From NCBI RefSeq assembly GCF_013122565.1, contig NZ_CP053258.1: DNA of 64,000 bases; one strand, 5' to 3'. Position 1 is the stretch's first letter. Every line of letters starts with the position of its first letter. The notes beneath the pieces were generated by a model. It searched no databases. It saw nothing but the letters and a program-made list of their open reading frames with translations, and was not told the DNA's origin. Origin of the DNA: Escherichia coli. GTDB taxonomy: Bacteria; Pseudomonadota; Gammaproteobacteria; Enterobacterales; Enterobacteriaceae. Positions 54,618 to 64,000 of this stretch are shown in pieces. A program made the translations under genes and the position numbers.

Positions 54618-55658
54618 TCATTTATCGGAAGACGCCTGCCACAGATTCAGCTCGCCATCGGCGATATGCTGATCAATCTGCGCCAGCTCCTCGGTGCTAA
54701 ATGTCAGATTATTCAGCGCCTGCACGTTCTCCTCTAGTTGCTCCGCGCGGCTGGCACCAATCAATACCGACGTCACGCGATCATCTTTCAGCAACCAGCT
54801 TAACGCCATTTGCGCCATTGATTGTCCACGATGCTGTGCCATGTCATTCAATAATCGCAGGCTGTTGAGGTTGGCTTCGGTGAGCATTTTCGGCGTCAGG
54901 CCACGAACTTTATTCCCTTCACGATGCATCCGTGAATCTTGCGGAATGCCGTTGAGATATTTTCCGGTCAGCAATCCCTGAGCCAGAGGAGTAAAGGCAA
55001 TGCAGCCCACGCCGTTATTTTGCAGGGTATCCAGCAGGCCGCTTTTATCCACCCAGCGGTTCAGCAAATTGTACGAAGGTTGATGAATTAACAACGGAAT
55101 TTTCCACTCGCGCAGTAACTCGACCATTTTTTGCGTCCGCTCTGGCGAGTAAGAGGAGATCCCGACATAAAGCGCCTTACCGCTTTGTACCGCATGAGCC
55201 AGCGCAGAGGCGGTTTCTTCCATCGGCGTATTTTCATCAACGCGATGAGAGTAAAAGATATCGACATACTCAAGCCCCATACGCTTCAGGCTTTGGTCGA
55301 GGCTGGCGAGCAGGTATTTACGTGAACCGCCAGAGCCGTAAGGGCCGGGCCACATATCGTAGCCAGCCTTGGTAGAGATAATCAGTTCATCGCGATAAGC
55401 GGCAAAATCCTCCCGCAGCAGGCGACCAAAGTTCTCTTCTGCGCTTCCTGGAGGCGGCCCGTAATTGTTGGCTAAATCAAAGTGCGTAATGCCTAAATCA
55501 AACGCTTTACGCAGGATCGCACGCTGTGATTCCAGCGCGTTAACGTGACCGAAATTGTGCCATAAACCGAGCGATAACGCGGGCAGGCGTAAACCGCTTT
55601 TTCCGCAATAACGGTACTGCATCTGCCCGTAACGCTCGGGATTCGCTAACCAGACCAT
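54618..55658 (-). CDS. gpr: L-glyceraldehyde 3-phosphate reductase (aldo-keto reductase)
   Basis: 346-aa ORF (MVWLANPERYGQMQYRYCGKSGLRLPALSLG...). Confidence 0.9.
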   Translation of the reverse strand: MVWLANPERYGQMQYRYCGKSGLRLPALSLGLWHNFGHVNALESQRAILRKAFDLGITHFDLANNYGPPPGSAEENFGRLLREDFAAYRDELIISTKAGYDMWPGPYGSGGSRKYLLASLDQSLKRMGLEYVDIFYSHRVDENTPMEETASALAHAVQSGKALYVGISSYSPERTQKMVELLREWKIPLLIHQPSYNLLNRWVDKSGLLDTLQNNGVGCIAFTPLAQGLLTGKYLNGIPQDSRMHREGNKVRGLTPKMLTEANLNSLRLLNDMAQHRGQSMAQMALSWLLKDDRVTSVLIGASRAEQLEENVQALNNLTFSTEELAQIDQHIADGELNLWQASSDK

Positions 55659-55811
55659 GACCTCTCCTTTCCACCATTCAATTTCGAAACAATGTTTCTA
55701 GTTTAGCGATTCATCAGTGCGTATCCCGTAGTCTGGCTCACAGAGTGACGAAAAACTGGGCAAAAACACGTGCTTATGCTTTGCTTAAAAAAACACCAAG
55801 TGAGGAGTGCA

Positions 55812-56702
55812 ATGATGCCGCGTTTAACCGCCAAAGATTTCCCACAAGAGTTGCTGGATTACTACGACTATTACGCTCACGGGAAAATCTCGAAACGTGA
55901 GTTCCTCAACCTTGCGGCGAAGTATGCGGTAGGCGGGATGACGGCATTAGCGTTGTTTGATTTGCTCAAGCCAAATTATGCGCTGGCGACTCAGGTAGAG
56001 TTTACCGACCCGGAAATTGTTGCTGAGTACATCACGTATCCTTCGCCAAATGGTCACGGCGAGGTGCGGGGTTATCTGGTGAAGCCCGCAAAGATGAGCG
56101 GCAAAACGCCAGCCGTAGTGGTGGTGCATGAGAATCGTGGACTGAATCCGTATATCGAAGATGTGGCACGGCGAGTGGCGAAGGCGGGGTATATCGCCCT
56201 GGCACCTGACGGCTTAAGTTCCGTTGGAGGTTATCCGGGAAATGATGATAAAGGTCGTGAGCTGCAACAGCAGGTTGATCCAACCAAACTGATGAATGAT
56301 TTCTTTGCCGCAATTGAGTTTATGCAACGCTATCCGCAAGCGACAGGCAAAGTGGGTATTACTGGATTTTGCTATGGCGGTGGCGTATCGAACGCGGCGG
56401 CTGTCGCGTATCCGGAACTGGCCTGCGCGGTGCCGTTTTATGGTCGACAGGCACCCACCGCCGATGTGGCGAAGATTGAAGCGCCTTTACTGCTCCACTA
56501 CGCGGAACTGGACACCCGAATCAACGAGGGCTGGCCCGCTTACGAGGCGGCGTTGAAAGCCAATAATAAGGTTTATGAGGCGTATATCTATCCGGGGGTT
56601 AATCACGGATTCCATAATGATTCCACGCCCCGTTATGACAAATCTGCCGCCGATCTTGCCTGGCAAAGAACGCAGAAATGGTTCGATAAATATCTCTCCT
56701 GA
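55812..56702 (+). CDS. yghX: Dienelactone hydrolase-family protein, apparently intact
   Basis: ORF 55770-56702; start placed at MMPRLTAKDF with GAGGAG ribosome-binding site; uninterrupted 296-aa frame. Confidence 0.75.
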   Translation: MMPRLTAKDFPQELLDYYDYYAHGKISKREFLNLAAKYAVGGMTALALFDLLKPNYALATQVEFTDPEIVAEYITYPSPNGHGEVRGYLVKPAKMSGKTPAVVVVHENRGLNPYIEDVARRVAKAGYIALAPDGLSSVGGYPGNDDKGRELQQQVDPTKLMNDFFAAIEFMQRYPQATGKVGITGFCYGGGVSNAAAVAYPELACAVPFYGRQAPTADVAKIEAPLLLHYAELDTRINEGWPAYEAALKANNKVYEAYIYPGVNHGFHNDSTPRYDKSAADLAWQRTQKWFDKYLS

Positions 56703-56820
56703 TAGGTTTATCTCTTACGGGATTACGTCTTAAACAAGCATGAAAAAATAGCGTGCGCAAAAGTCGTTCTTTGCCTAAAATATCGCTATATATAACAATA
56801 TATAGCGAATGAGGTGAACG

Positions 56821-57108
56821 ATGAATAACCATTTTGGTAAAGGCTTAATGGCGGGATTAAAAGCAACGCATGCCGACAGTGCGGTTAATGTGACTAAATA
56901 CTGTGCCGATTATAAACGCGGTTTTGTATTAGGCTACTCACACCGGATGTACGAAAAGACCGGAGATCGCCAGCTTAGCGCCTGGGAAGCGGGTATTCTG
57001 ACGCGCCGCTATGGACTGGATAAAGAGATGGTAATGGATTTCTTTCGTGAGAATAATTCCTGTTCTACGTTGCGCTTTTTTATGGCCGGTTATCGCCTCG
57101 AAAATTGA
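56821..57108 (+). CDS. yghW: DUF2623-family protein YghW
   Basis: 95-aa ORF upstream of the hyb operon. Confidence 0.8.
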   Translation: MNNHFGKGLMAGLKATHADSAVNVTKYCADYKRGFVLGYSHRMYEKTGDRQLSAWEAGILTRRYGLDKEMVMDFFRENNSCSTLRFFMAGYRLEN

Positions 57109-57296
57109 TCAAACATACGTATTATCTTGCTTTAATTAATTACACTAATGCTTCTTCCCTTCGTTTTAGCGCCCCGCCGCAGTATCATGATATCGATAAC
57201 CATAATAAATGTGTGGTAAATGGCGCATCGATCGCATTATTGATTTTGCGATTGAGGCAAAATATATGCCAGGTCTTCGCAACGGAATAACAATAA

Positions 57297-58415
57297 ATGA
57301 CTGGAGATAACACCCTCATCCATTCTCACGGCATTAACCGTCGTGATTTCATGAAGCTTTGTGCAGCATTAGCCGCCACCATGGGGTTAAGTAGCAAAGC
57401 CGCTGCAGAGATGGCCGAATCGGTTACTAACCCGCAGCGTCCGCCAGTTATCTGGATTGGCGCGCAGGAGTGCACCGGTTGTACGGAATCTCTGCTTCGT
57501 GCAACGCATCCAACGGTAGAAAACCTCGTGCTGGAGACTATCTCTCTGGAATATCACGAAGTGCTTTCCGCCGCCTTCGGTCATCAGGTCGAAGAGAACA
57601 AACATAACGCTCTTGAGAAGTACAAAGGGCAGTATGTGTTAGTGGTGGATGGTTCCATCCCATTAAAAGATAATGGGATTTATTGCATGGTCGCCGGTGA
57701 GCCGATTGTGGATCACATCCGCAAAGCGGCGGAAGGCGCAGCAGCGATTATCGCTATCGGTTCCTGCTCTGCGTGGGGCGGTGTTGCCGCAGCTGGAGTT
57801 AACCCGACTGGCGCAGTCAGCCTGCAAGAAGTTCTGCCAGGCAAAACCGTTATCAACATTCCGGGCTGCCCGCCGAACCCGCACAACTTCCTCGCGACCG
57901 TTGCGCACATCATCACTTACGGCAAGCCGCCGAAACTGGATGACAAAAACCGTCCGACCTTCGCCTATGGCCGTCTGATTCACGAACACTGCGAACGTCG
58001 CCCGCACTTCGATGCTGGTCGTTTTGCCAAAGAGTTCGGTGATGAAGGCCACCGCGAAGGCTGGTGCCTGTACCACCTCGGCTGTAAAGGGCCAGAAACT
58101 TACGGCAACTGCTCAACGCTGCAATTCTGCGATGTTGGCGGTGTGTGGCCGGTGGCGATTGGTCACCCGTGCTATGGCTGTAACGAAGAAGGTATCGGCT
58201 TCCATAAAGGCATCCATCAGCTTGCCAACGTCGAAAATCAGACTCCGCGTTCACAGAAACCGGACGTTAATGCTAAAGAAGGCGGCAACGTCTCGGCAGG
58301 CGCTATTGGTTTGCTCGGCGGTGTGGTTGGGCTGGTTGCCGGTGTCAGCGTGATGGCGGTGCGTGAACTGGGTCGTCAGCAAAAGAAAGATAACGCTGAC
58401 TCACGGGGAGAATAA
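57297..58415 (+). CDS. hybO: Hydrogenase-2 small subunit (Tat signal)
   Basis: 372-aa ORF; twin-arginine motif RRDFMK; Fe-S cysteine clusters. Confidence 0.95.
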   Translation: MTGDNTLIHSHGINRRDFMKLCAALAATMGLSSKAAAEMAESVTNPQRPPVIWIGAQECTGCTESLLRATHPTVENLVLETISLEYHEVLSAAFGHQVEENKHNALEKYKGQYVLVVDGSIPLKDNGIYCMVAGEPIVDHIRKAAEGAAAIIAIGSCSAWGGVAAAGVNPTGAVSLQEVLPGKTVINIPGCPPNPHNFLATVAHIITYGKPPKLDDKNRPTFAYGRLIHEHCERRPHFDAGRFAKEFGDEGHREGWCLYHLGCKGPETYGNCSTLQFCDVGGVWPVAIGHPCYGCNEEGIGFHKGIHQLANVENQTPRSQKPDVNAKEGGNVSAGAIGLLGGVVGLVAGVSVMAVRELGRQQKKDNADSRGE

Positions 58416-58417
58416 CC

Positions 58418-59404
58418 GTGAACAGACGTAATTTTATTAAAGCAGCCTCCTGCGGGGCATTGCTGACGGGCGCGCTGCCGTCTGTCAGTCATGCGGCTGC
58501 TGAAAACCGCCCGCCAATTCCGGGATCGCTGGGGATGTTGTACGACTCGACCTTGTGCGTTGGCTGCCAGGCTTGCGTCACCAAGTGTCAGGATATCAAT
58601 TTCCCTGAACGTAACCCGCAAGGGGAACAGACCTGGTCGAACAACGACAAACTGTCGCCGTATACCAATAACATCATTCAGGTGTGGACCAGCGGCACAG
58701 GGGTCAACAAAGACCAGGAGGAGAACGGCTACGCGTACATTAAGAAACAGTGTATGCACTGCGTCGATCCGAACTGTGTCTCTGTGTGCCCGGTCTCTGC
58801 ACTGAAAAAAGATCCGAAAACCGGCATTGTCCATTACGACAAAGATGTGTGCACCGGCTGCCGTTACTGCATGGTCGCCTGCCCATACAATGTGCCGAAG
58901 TACGACTACAACAACCCGTTTGGTGCGCTGCATAAGTGCGAGCTGTGCAACCAGAAAGGTGTGGAACGTCTCGATAAAGGCGGTCTGCCTGGCTGCGTAG
59001 AAGTGTGCCCGGCGGGCGCGGTGATTTTTGGTACGCGTGAAGAGCTGATGGCGGAGGCGAAAAAACGTCTGGCGCTGAAGCCTGGCAGCGAATACCACTA
59101 TCCGCGTCAGACGCTGAACTCTGGTGACACTTACCTGCATACGGTGCCGAAATATTATCCGCATCTGTACGGCGAGAAAGAGGGCGGCGGTACTCAGGTT
59201 CTGGTACTGACGGGTGTGCCTTATGAAAATCTCGACCTGCCGAAACTGGACGATCTTTCTACCGGTGCGCGTTCCGAAAATATTCAACACACCCTGTATA
59301 AAGGCATGATGCTACCACTGGCTGTGCTGGCGGGCTTAACCGTGCTGGTTCGTCGCAACACCAAAAACGACCATCACGACGGAGGAGACGATCATGAGTC
59401 ATGA
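58418..59404 (+). CDS. hybA: Hydrogenase-2 ferredoxin-type Fe-S subunit
   Basis: 328-aa ORF; Tat motif RRNFIK; four CxxCxxCxxxCP ferredoxin motifs. Confidence 0.95.
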   Translation: MNRRNFIKAASCGALLTGALPSVSHAAAENRPPIPGSLGMLYDSTLCVGCQACVTKCQDINFPERNPQGEQTWSNNDKLSPYTNNIIQVWTSGTGVNKDQEENGYAYIKKQCMHCVDPNCVSVCPVSALKKDPKTGIVHYDKDVCTGCRYCMVACPYNVPKYDYNNPFGALHKCELCNQKGVERLDKGGLPGCVEVCPAGAVIFGTREELMAEAKKRLALKPGSEYHYPRQTLNSGDTYLHTVPKYYPHLYGEKEGGGTQVLVLTGVPYENLDLPKLDDLSTGARSENIQHTLYKGMMLPLAVLAGLTVLVRRNTKNDHHDGGDDHES

Positions 59405-60572
59405 TCCACAACCGCTGGGCGGCAAAATCATCAGTAAACCGGTCATGATTTTTGGACCGTTAATCGTCATCTGTATGCTCCTGATTGTGAAGCGTCTGGT
59501 GTTCGGTCTGGGCTCTGTCTCTGACCTGAACGGCGGCTTCCCGTGGGGCGTGTGGATCGCGTTTGACCTGCTGATTGGCACCGGCTTTGCCTGTGGCGGC
59601 TGGGCGCTGGCGTGGGCGGTATACGTCTTTAACCGTGGGCAATACCATCCGCTGGTGCGTCCGGCGCTGTTGGCGAGTCTGTTCGGTTACTCACTGGGTG
59701 GCTTGTCGATCACTATCGACGTGGGTCGCTACTGGAACCTGCCGTACTTCTACATTCCGGGTCACTTCAACGTGAACTCGGTACTGTTCGAGACGGCGGT
59801 CTGTATGACCATCTACATCGGCGTGATGGCTCTGGAGTTTGCTCCGGCACTGTTTGAACGTCTGGGCTGGAAGGTGTCGCTACAGCGTCTGAACAAGGTG
59901 ATGTTCTTCATCATCGCGCTCGGCGCGCTGTTGCCGACCATGCACCAGTCTTCAATGGGGTCACTGATGATCTCGGCGGGCTACAAGGTGCATCCGCTGT
60001 GGCAGAGCTATGAAATGTTGCCGCTGTTCTCGCTGCTGACGGCGTTCATCATGGGCTTCTCGATTGTCATCTTTGAAGGTTCGCTGGTGCAGGCGGGTCT
60101 GCGTGGCAACGGTCCGGATGAAAAGAGCCTGTTCGTCAAGCTGACCAACACCATCAGTGTGTTGCTGGCAATTTTCATCGTGCTGCGCTTTGGCGAGCTT
60201 ATCTATCGCGACAAGCTGTCGTTAGCGTTTGCCGGTGACTTCTACTCCGTGATGTTCTGGATTGAAGTCCTGCTGATGCTCTTCCCGCTGGTCGTTCTGC
60301 GTGTGGCGAAGCTGCGTAATGATTCCCGCATGCTGTTCCTGTCAGCACTGAGCGCACTGTTAGGTTGTGCAACCTGGCGTCTGACCTATTCGCTGGTGGC
60401 ATTCAACCCGGGCGGCGGTTACGCCTACTTCCCGACCTGGGAAGAACTGTTGATTTCTATTGGTTTTGTGGCTATTGAGATTTGCGCTTACATCGTACTC
60501 ATTCGTCTACTGCCGATACTTCCTCCTTTAAAACAAAACGATCATAATCGTCATGAGGCGAGCAAAGCATGA
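59394..60572 (+). CDS. hybB: Hydrogenase-2 integral membrane subunit
   Basis: 392-aa polytopic ORF overlapping hybA by 11 nt. Confidence 0.95.
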   Translation: MSHDPQPLGGKIISKPVMIFGPLIVICMLLIVKRLVFGLGSVSDLNGGFPWGVWIAFDLLIGTGFACGGWALAWAVYVFNRGQYHPLVRPALLASLFGYSLGGLSITIDVGRYWNLPYFYIPGHFNVNSVLFETAVCMTIYIGVMALEFAPALFERLGWKVSLQRLNKVMFFIIALGALLPTMHQSSMGSLMISAGYKVHPLWQSYEMLPLFSLLTAFIMGFSIVIFEGSLVQAGLRGNGPDEKSLFVKLTNTISVLLAIFIVLRFGELIYRDKLSLAFAGDFYSVMFWIEVLLMLFPLVVLRVAKLRNDSRMLFLSALSALLGCATWRLTYSLVAFNPGGGYAYFPTWEELLISIGFVAIEICAYIVLIRLLPILPPLKQNDHNRHEASKA

Positions 60573-62272
60573 GCCAGAGAATTACTATTGATCCGGTAAC
60601 CCGTATTGAGGGGCATTTACGCATCGATTGCGAAATCGAAAATGGCGTCGTTTCGAAAGCATGGGCTTCCGGTACCATGTGGCGCGGCATGGAAGAGATC
60701 GTGAAAAACCGCGATCCGCGCGATGCATGGATGATTGTGCAACGTATCTGTGGCGTATGTACTACCACTCACGCGCTGTCTTCCGTTCGTGCGGCAGAAA
60801 GTGCGCTGAATATCGACGTTCCGGTTAACGCGCAATACATCCGTAACATCATTCTGGCTGCGCACACCACGCATGACCATATCGTTCATTTCTATCAGCT
60901 TTCGGCGCTGGACTGGGTGGACATCACTTCTGCACTGCAAGCTGATCCAGCCAAAGCCTCCGAAATGCTGAAAGGTGTTTCGACCTGGCATCTGAACAGT
61001 CCGGAAGAGTTCACCAAAGTTCAGAACAAGATCAAAGATCTGGTTGCCAGCGGTCAGTTGGGTATTTTCGCCAATGGCTACTGGGGTCACCCGGCGATGA
61101 AACTGCCGCCGGAAGTGAACCTGATTGCGGTAGCGCACTACCTGCAAGCGCTGGAGTGCCAGCGTGACGCTAACCGCGTCGTGGCGCTGCTGGGCGGTAA
61201 AACGCCGCACATTCAGAACCTGGCGGTAGGTGGGGTCGCTAACCCGATCAACCTCGACGGTCTGGGCGTGCTGAACCTTGAGCGCCTGATGTACATCAAG
61301 TCTTTCATCGACAAGCTGAGCGACTTTGTTGAGCAGGTTTATAAGGTTGATACCGCCGTTATCGCCGCTTTCTACCCGGAATGGCTGACGCGCGGTAAAG
61401 GTGCAGTGAACTACCTGAGCGTGCCGGAGTTTCCAACCGACAGCAAAAACGGCAGCTTCCTGTTCCCGGGCGGCTACATTGAGAATGCGGATCTGTCCTC
61501 GTATCGTCCGATCACTTCTCATTCCGATGAATACCTGATTAAAGGCATTCAGGAGAGCGCGAAGCACTCCTGGTATAAAGACGAAGCGCCGCAGGCTCCG
61601 TGGGAAGGCACCACCATTCCGGCTTATGATGGTTGGTCTGACGACGGTAAATACTCCTGGGTGAAATCACCGACTTTCTACGGCAAAACGGTAGAAGTGG
61701 GTCCGCTGGCTAACATGCTGGTGAAACTGGCGGCAGGACGTGAGTCTACCCAGAACAAACTGAATGAAATCGTTGCGATTTATCAGAAACTGACTGGCAA
61801 CACGCTGGAAGTGTCACAGCTGCACTCCACGCTGGGCCGTATTATTGGTCGTACCGTTCACTGCTGCGAATTGCAGGATATCCTGCAAAATCAATACAGT
61901 GCACTGATCACCAATATCGGCAAAGGCGATCACACCACCTTCGTGAAACCGAACATTCCGGCAACGGGTGAGTTCAAAGGTGTTGGCTTCCTCGAAGCGC
62001 CGCGCGGTATGCTCTCTCACTGGATGGTGATCAAAGACGGTATCATCAGCAACTACCAGGCAGTTGTTCCATCAACCTGGAACTCTGGCCCGCGTAACTT
62101 CAATGATGACGTCGGTCCTTACGAGCAGTCGCTGGTGGGTACACCGGTTGCTGATCCGAATAAACCGCTGGAAGTGGTGCGTACCATTCACTCCTTCGAC
62201 CCGTGCATGGCCTGTGCGGTACACGTAGTGGATGCCGACGGCAACGAAGTGGTTTCAGTGAAGGTTCTGTAA
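60569..62272 (+). CDS. hybC: Hydrogenase-2 large [NiFe] subunit
   Basis: 567-aa ORF; N-terminal RICGVCTTTH and C-terminal DPCMACAVH nickel-binding motifs. Confidence 0.95.
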   Translation: MSQRITIDPVTRIEGHLRIDCEIENGVVSKAWASGTMWRGMEEIVKNRDPRDAWMIVQRICGVCTTTHALSSVRAAESALNIDVPVNAQYIRNIILAAHTTHDHIVHFYQLSALDWVDITSALQADPAKASEMLKGVSTWHLNSPEEFTKVQNKIKDLVASGQLGIFANGYWGHPAMKLPPEVNLIAVAHYLQALECQRDANRVVALLGGKTPHIQNLAVGGVANPINLDGLGVLNLERLMYIKSFIDKLSDFVEQVYKVDTAVIAAFYPEWLTRGKGAVNYLSVPEFPTDSKNGSFLFPGGYIENADLSSYRPITSHSDEYLIKGIQESAKHSWYKDEAPQAPWEGTTIPAYDGWSDDGKYSWVKSPTFYGKTVEVGPLANMLVKLAAGRESTQNKLNEIVAIYQKLTGNTLEVSQLHSTLGRIIGRTVHCCELQDILQNQYSALITNIGKGDHTTFVKPNIPATGEFKGVGFLEAPRGMLSHWMVIKDGIISNYQAVVPSTWNSGPRNFNDDVGPYEQSLVGTPVADPNKPLEVVRTIHSFDPCMACAVHVVDADGNEVVSVKVL

Positions 62273-62766
62273 TGCGTATTTTAGTCTTAGGGGTCGGCAA
62301 TATTTTGCTGACCGATGAAGCCATCGGCGTGCGGATTGTCGAAGCGTTAGAGCAACGATACATTCTGCCGGATTATGTTGAGATCCTCGATGGCGGCACG
62401 GCGGGAATGGAGCTGCTTGGCGACATGGCAAATCGCGATCATCTGATTATTGCGGATGCCATTGTGTCGAAGAAGAGCGCGCCGGGAACGATGATGATCC
62501 TGCGGGATGAAGAAGTTCCGGCGTTGTTTACCAACAAAATATCTCCGCATCAGCTTGGCCTGGCCGACGTATTGTCGGCCCTGCGCTTCACCGGTGAGTT
62601 TCCGAAAAAGCTGACCCTGGTCGGCGTGATCCCGGAATCGCTGGAGCCACACATCGGCTTAACACCGACGGTTGAAGCAATGATTGAACCTGCGCTTGAG
62701 CAGGTTCTGGCTGCGCTGCGCGAATCAGGCGTGGAAGCCATCCCACGGGAGGCGATTCATGACTGA
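62272..62766 (+). CDS. hybD: Hydrogenase-2 maturation endopeptidase
   Basis: ORF 62203-62766; start placed at MRILVLGVGN (164 aa), overlapping the hybC stop by 1 nt (TAATG). Confidence 0.9.
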   Translation: MRILVLGVGNILLTDEAIGVRIVEALEQRYILPDYVEILDGGTAGMELLGDMANRDHLIIADAIVSKKSAPGTMMILRDEEVPALFTNKISPHQLGLADVLSALRFTGEFPKKLTLVGVIPESLEPHIGLTPTVEAMIEPALEQVLAALRESGVEAIPREAIHD

Positions 62767-63247
62767 AGAGATAGCAGGTTTCCAGACCTCCCCGAAGGCG
62801 CAAGTACAGGCAGCGTTTGAAGAAATTGCCCGGCGTTCGATGCACGATCTCTCTTTTCTGCATCCTTCAATGCCGGTGTATGTTTCTGACTTTACGCTGT
62901 TTGAAGGTCAGTGGACGGGGTGTGTGATCACCCCGTGGATGCTGAGTGCGGTTATCTTCCCCGGCCCGGATCAACTCTGGCCGCTGCGCAAAGTGAGTGA
63001 AAAAATTGGTCTACAACTGCCGTATGGCACTATGACCTTTACCGTTGGCGAACTGGACGGTGTTTCGCAATATCTCTCCTGTTCGCTGATGTCGCCGCTT
63101 TCGCATAGCATGTCGATTGAAGAGGGCCAACGCCTGACGGATGACTGCGCACGAATGATCCTTTCGCTGCCAGTCACCAATCCGGATGTACCACACGCAG
63201 GGCGTCGCGCCCTGCTGTTTGGCCGCAGGAGTGGCGAAAATGCATGA
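62759..63247 (+). CDS. hybE: Hydrogenase-2 operon chaperone HybE
   Basis: ORF 62684-63247; start placed at MTEEIAGFQTSPKAQ (162 aa). Confidence 0.85.
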   Translation: MTEEIAGFQTSPKAQVQAAFEEIARRSMHDLSFLHPSMPVYVSDFTLFEGQWTGCVITPWMLSAVIFPGPDQLWPLRKVSEKIGLQLPYGTMTFTVGELDGVSQYLSCSLMSPLSHSMSIEEGQRLTDDCARMILSLPVTNPDVPHAGRRALLFGRRSGENA

Positions 63248-63581
63248 GTTGTCGCTTTGCCAGAGCGCCCTTGAAATTATCCAACGGCAGGCGGAGCAGC
63301 ACGATGTTAAGCGCGTCACCGCCGTGTGGCTGGAAATTGGCGCGCTCTCCTGCGTTGAGGAGAGCGCCGTCCGTTTTAGTTTTGAAATTGTCTGCCACGG
63401 AACGGTGGCGCAAGGGTGCGATTTACATATCGTCTATAAACCCGCCCAGGCCTGGTGCTGGGATTGCAGCCAGGTGGTGGAGATTCATCAGCACGATGCG
63501 CAGTGTCCGATCTGTCATGGCGAGCGGTTGCGTGTCGATACCGGCGATTCGCTGATCGTCAAAAGTATTGAAGTTGAATAA
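63240..63581 (+). CDS. hybF: Hydrogenase nickel-incorporation protein (HypA-like)
   Basis: ORF 63186-63581; start placed at MHELSLCQSALEI (113 aa); CxxC...CxxC zinc motif. Confidence 0.9.
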   Translation: MHELSLCQSALEIIQRQAEQHDVKRVTAVWLEIGALSCVEESAVRFSFEIVCHGTVAQGCDLHIVYKPAQAWCWDCSQVVEIHQHDAQCPICHGERLRVDTGDSLIVKSIEVE

Positions 63582-63593
63582 CCGGAGTTAACA

Positions 63594-63842
63594 ATGTGTA
63601 TTGGCGTTCCAGGCCAGGTGCTGGCTGTCGGTGAAGATATTCACCAGCTTGCGCAGGTTGAAGTATGTGGTATCAAGCGCGACGTGAATATCGCCCTGAT
63701 TTGTGAAGGTAACCCTGCCGATCTGCTGGGCCAGTGGGTGCTGGTACACGTCGGATTTGCCATGAGCATCATCGACGAAGATGAAGCCAAAGCCACATTA
63801 GACGCGCTGCGCCAAATGGATTACGACATTACCAGCGCGTGA
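63594..63842 (+). CDS. hybG: Hydrogenase maturation factor (HypC-like)
   Basis: 82-aa ORF beginning MCIGVPGQV (conserved N-terminal Cys). Confidence 0.9.
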
Positions 63843-63854
63843 TGATTAGCTTTT

Positions 63855-63935
63855 GTAGGCCTGATAAGACGCGATAGCGTCGCATCAGGCATTGTGCTCG
63901 ATTGCCGGATGCGGCGTGAATGCCTTATCCGGCCT
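63855..63935. repeat. REP palindromic units downstream of hybG
   Basis: gtaggcctgataagacgcgatagcgtcgcatcaggc and gccggatgcggcgtgaatgccttatccggcc. Confidence 0.8.
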
Positions 63936-64000
63936 GGATGGCTTGCTGCGACGAACACCAATCCTTACCCCTGACGCTTATCTTCCGTATTCGTCTCGAA

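Overview
This window looks like an Escherichia coli-type chromosome (not K-12), read in reverse orientation to the K-12 map as I remember it. All gene calls rest on reading the supplied ORF translations and the raw sequence against remembered protein families and K-12 gene order; no search was run. Backbone order: glnE (3' part), hldE, two tandem Ibs/Sib type I toxin-antitoxin units, yqiK, yqiJ, glgS, ubiK, FMN riboswitch-ribB, zupT, ygiD, ygiC, ygiB, tolC, nudF, yqiB, cpdA, yqiA, parE, ygiN, mdaB, qseCB, ygiW, ygiV, mqsRA, ygiS, parC, plsC, ftsP, ygiQ, yqhH, yqhG, dkgA, yqhD, yqhC, yghB, metC, exbBD, yghA, yqhA, gpr, yghX, yghW, hybOABCDEFG. Three segments are not part of the K-12 arrangement I remember and are the main candidates for something new. 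(1) An 8.3 kb islet between parE and ygiN (17.9-26.2 kb): GntR/HutC regulator, ADP-ribosylglycohydrolase-family protein, SIS-domain protein, PfkB kinase, secreted phytase-like protein, KdgM-family porin, secreted HAD phosphatase and a divergent GPH symporter. (2) Two tandem paralogous ~470-aa proteins between ftsP and ygiQ (37.8-40.7 kb), each with about four N-terminal transmembrane helices and a helical, possibly ankyrin-like, C-terminal domain. (3) A second yqhG-like secreted protein plus a small acidic protein between ygiQ and yqhH (43.1-44.6 kb). No rRNA, tRNA, CRISPR array, integrase or transposase was seen. REP/BIME repeats lie after exbD and after hybG.
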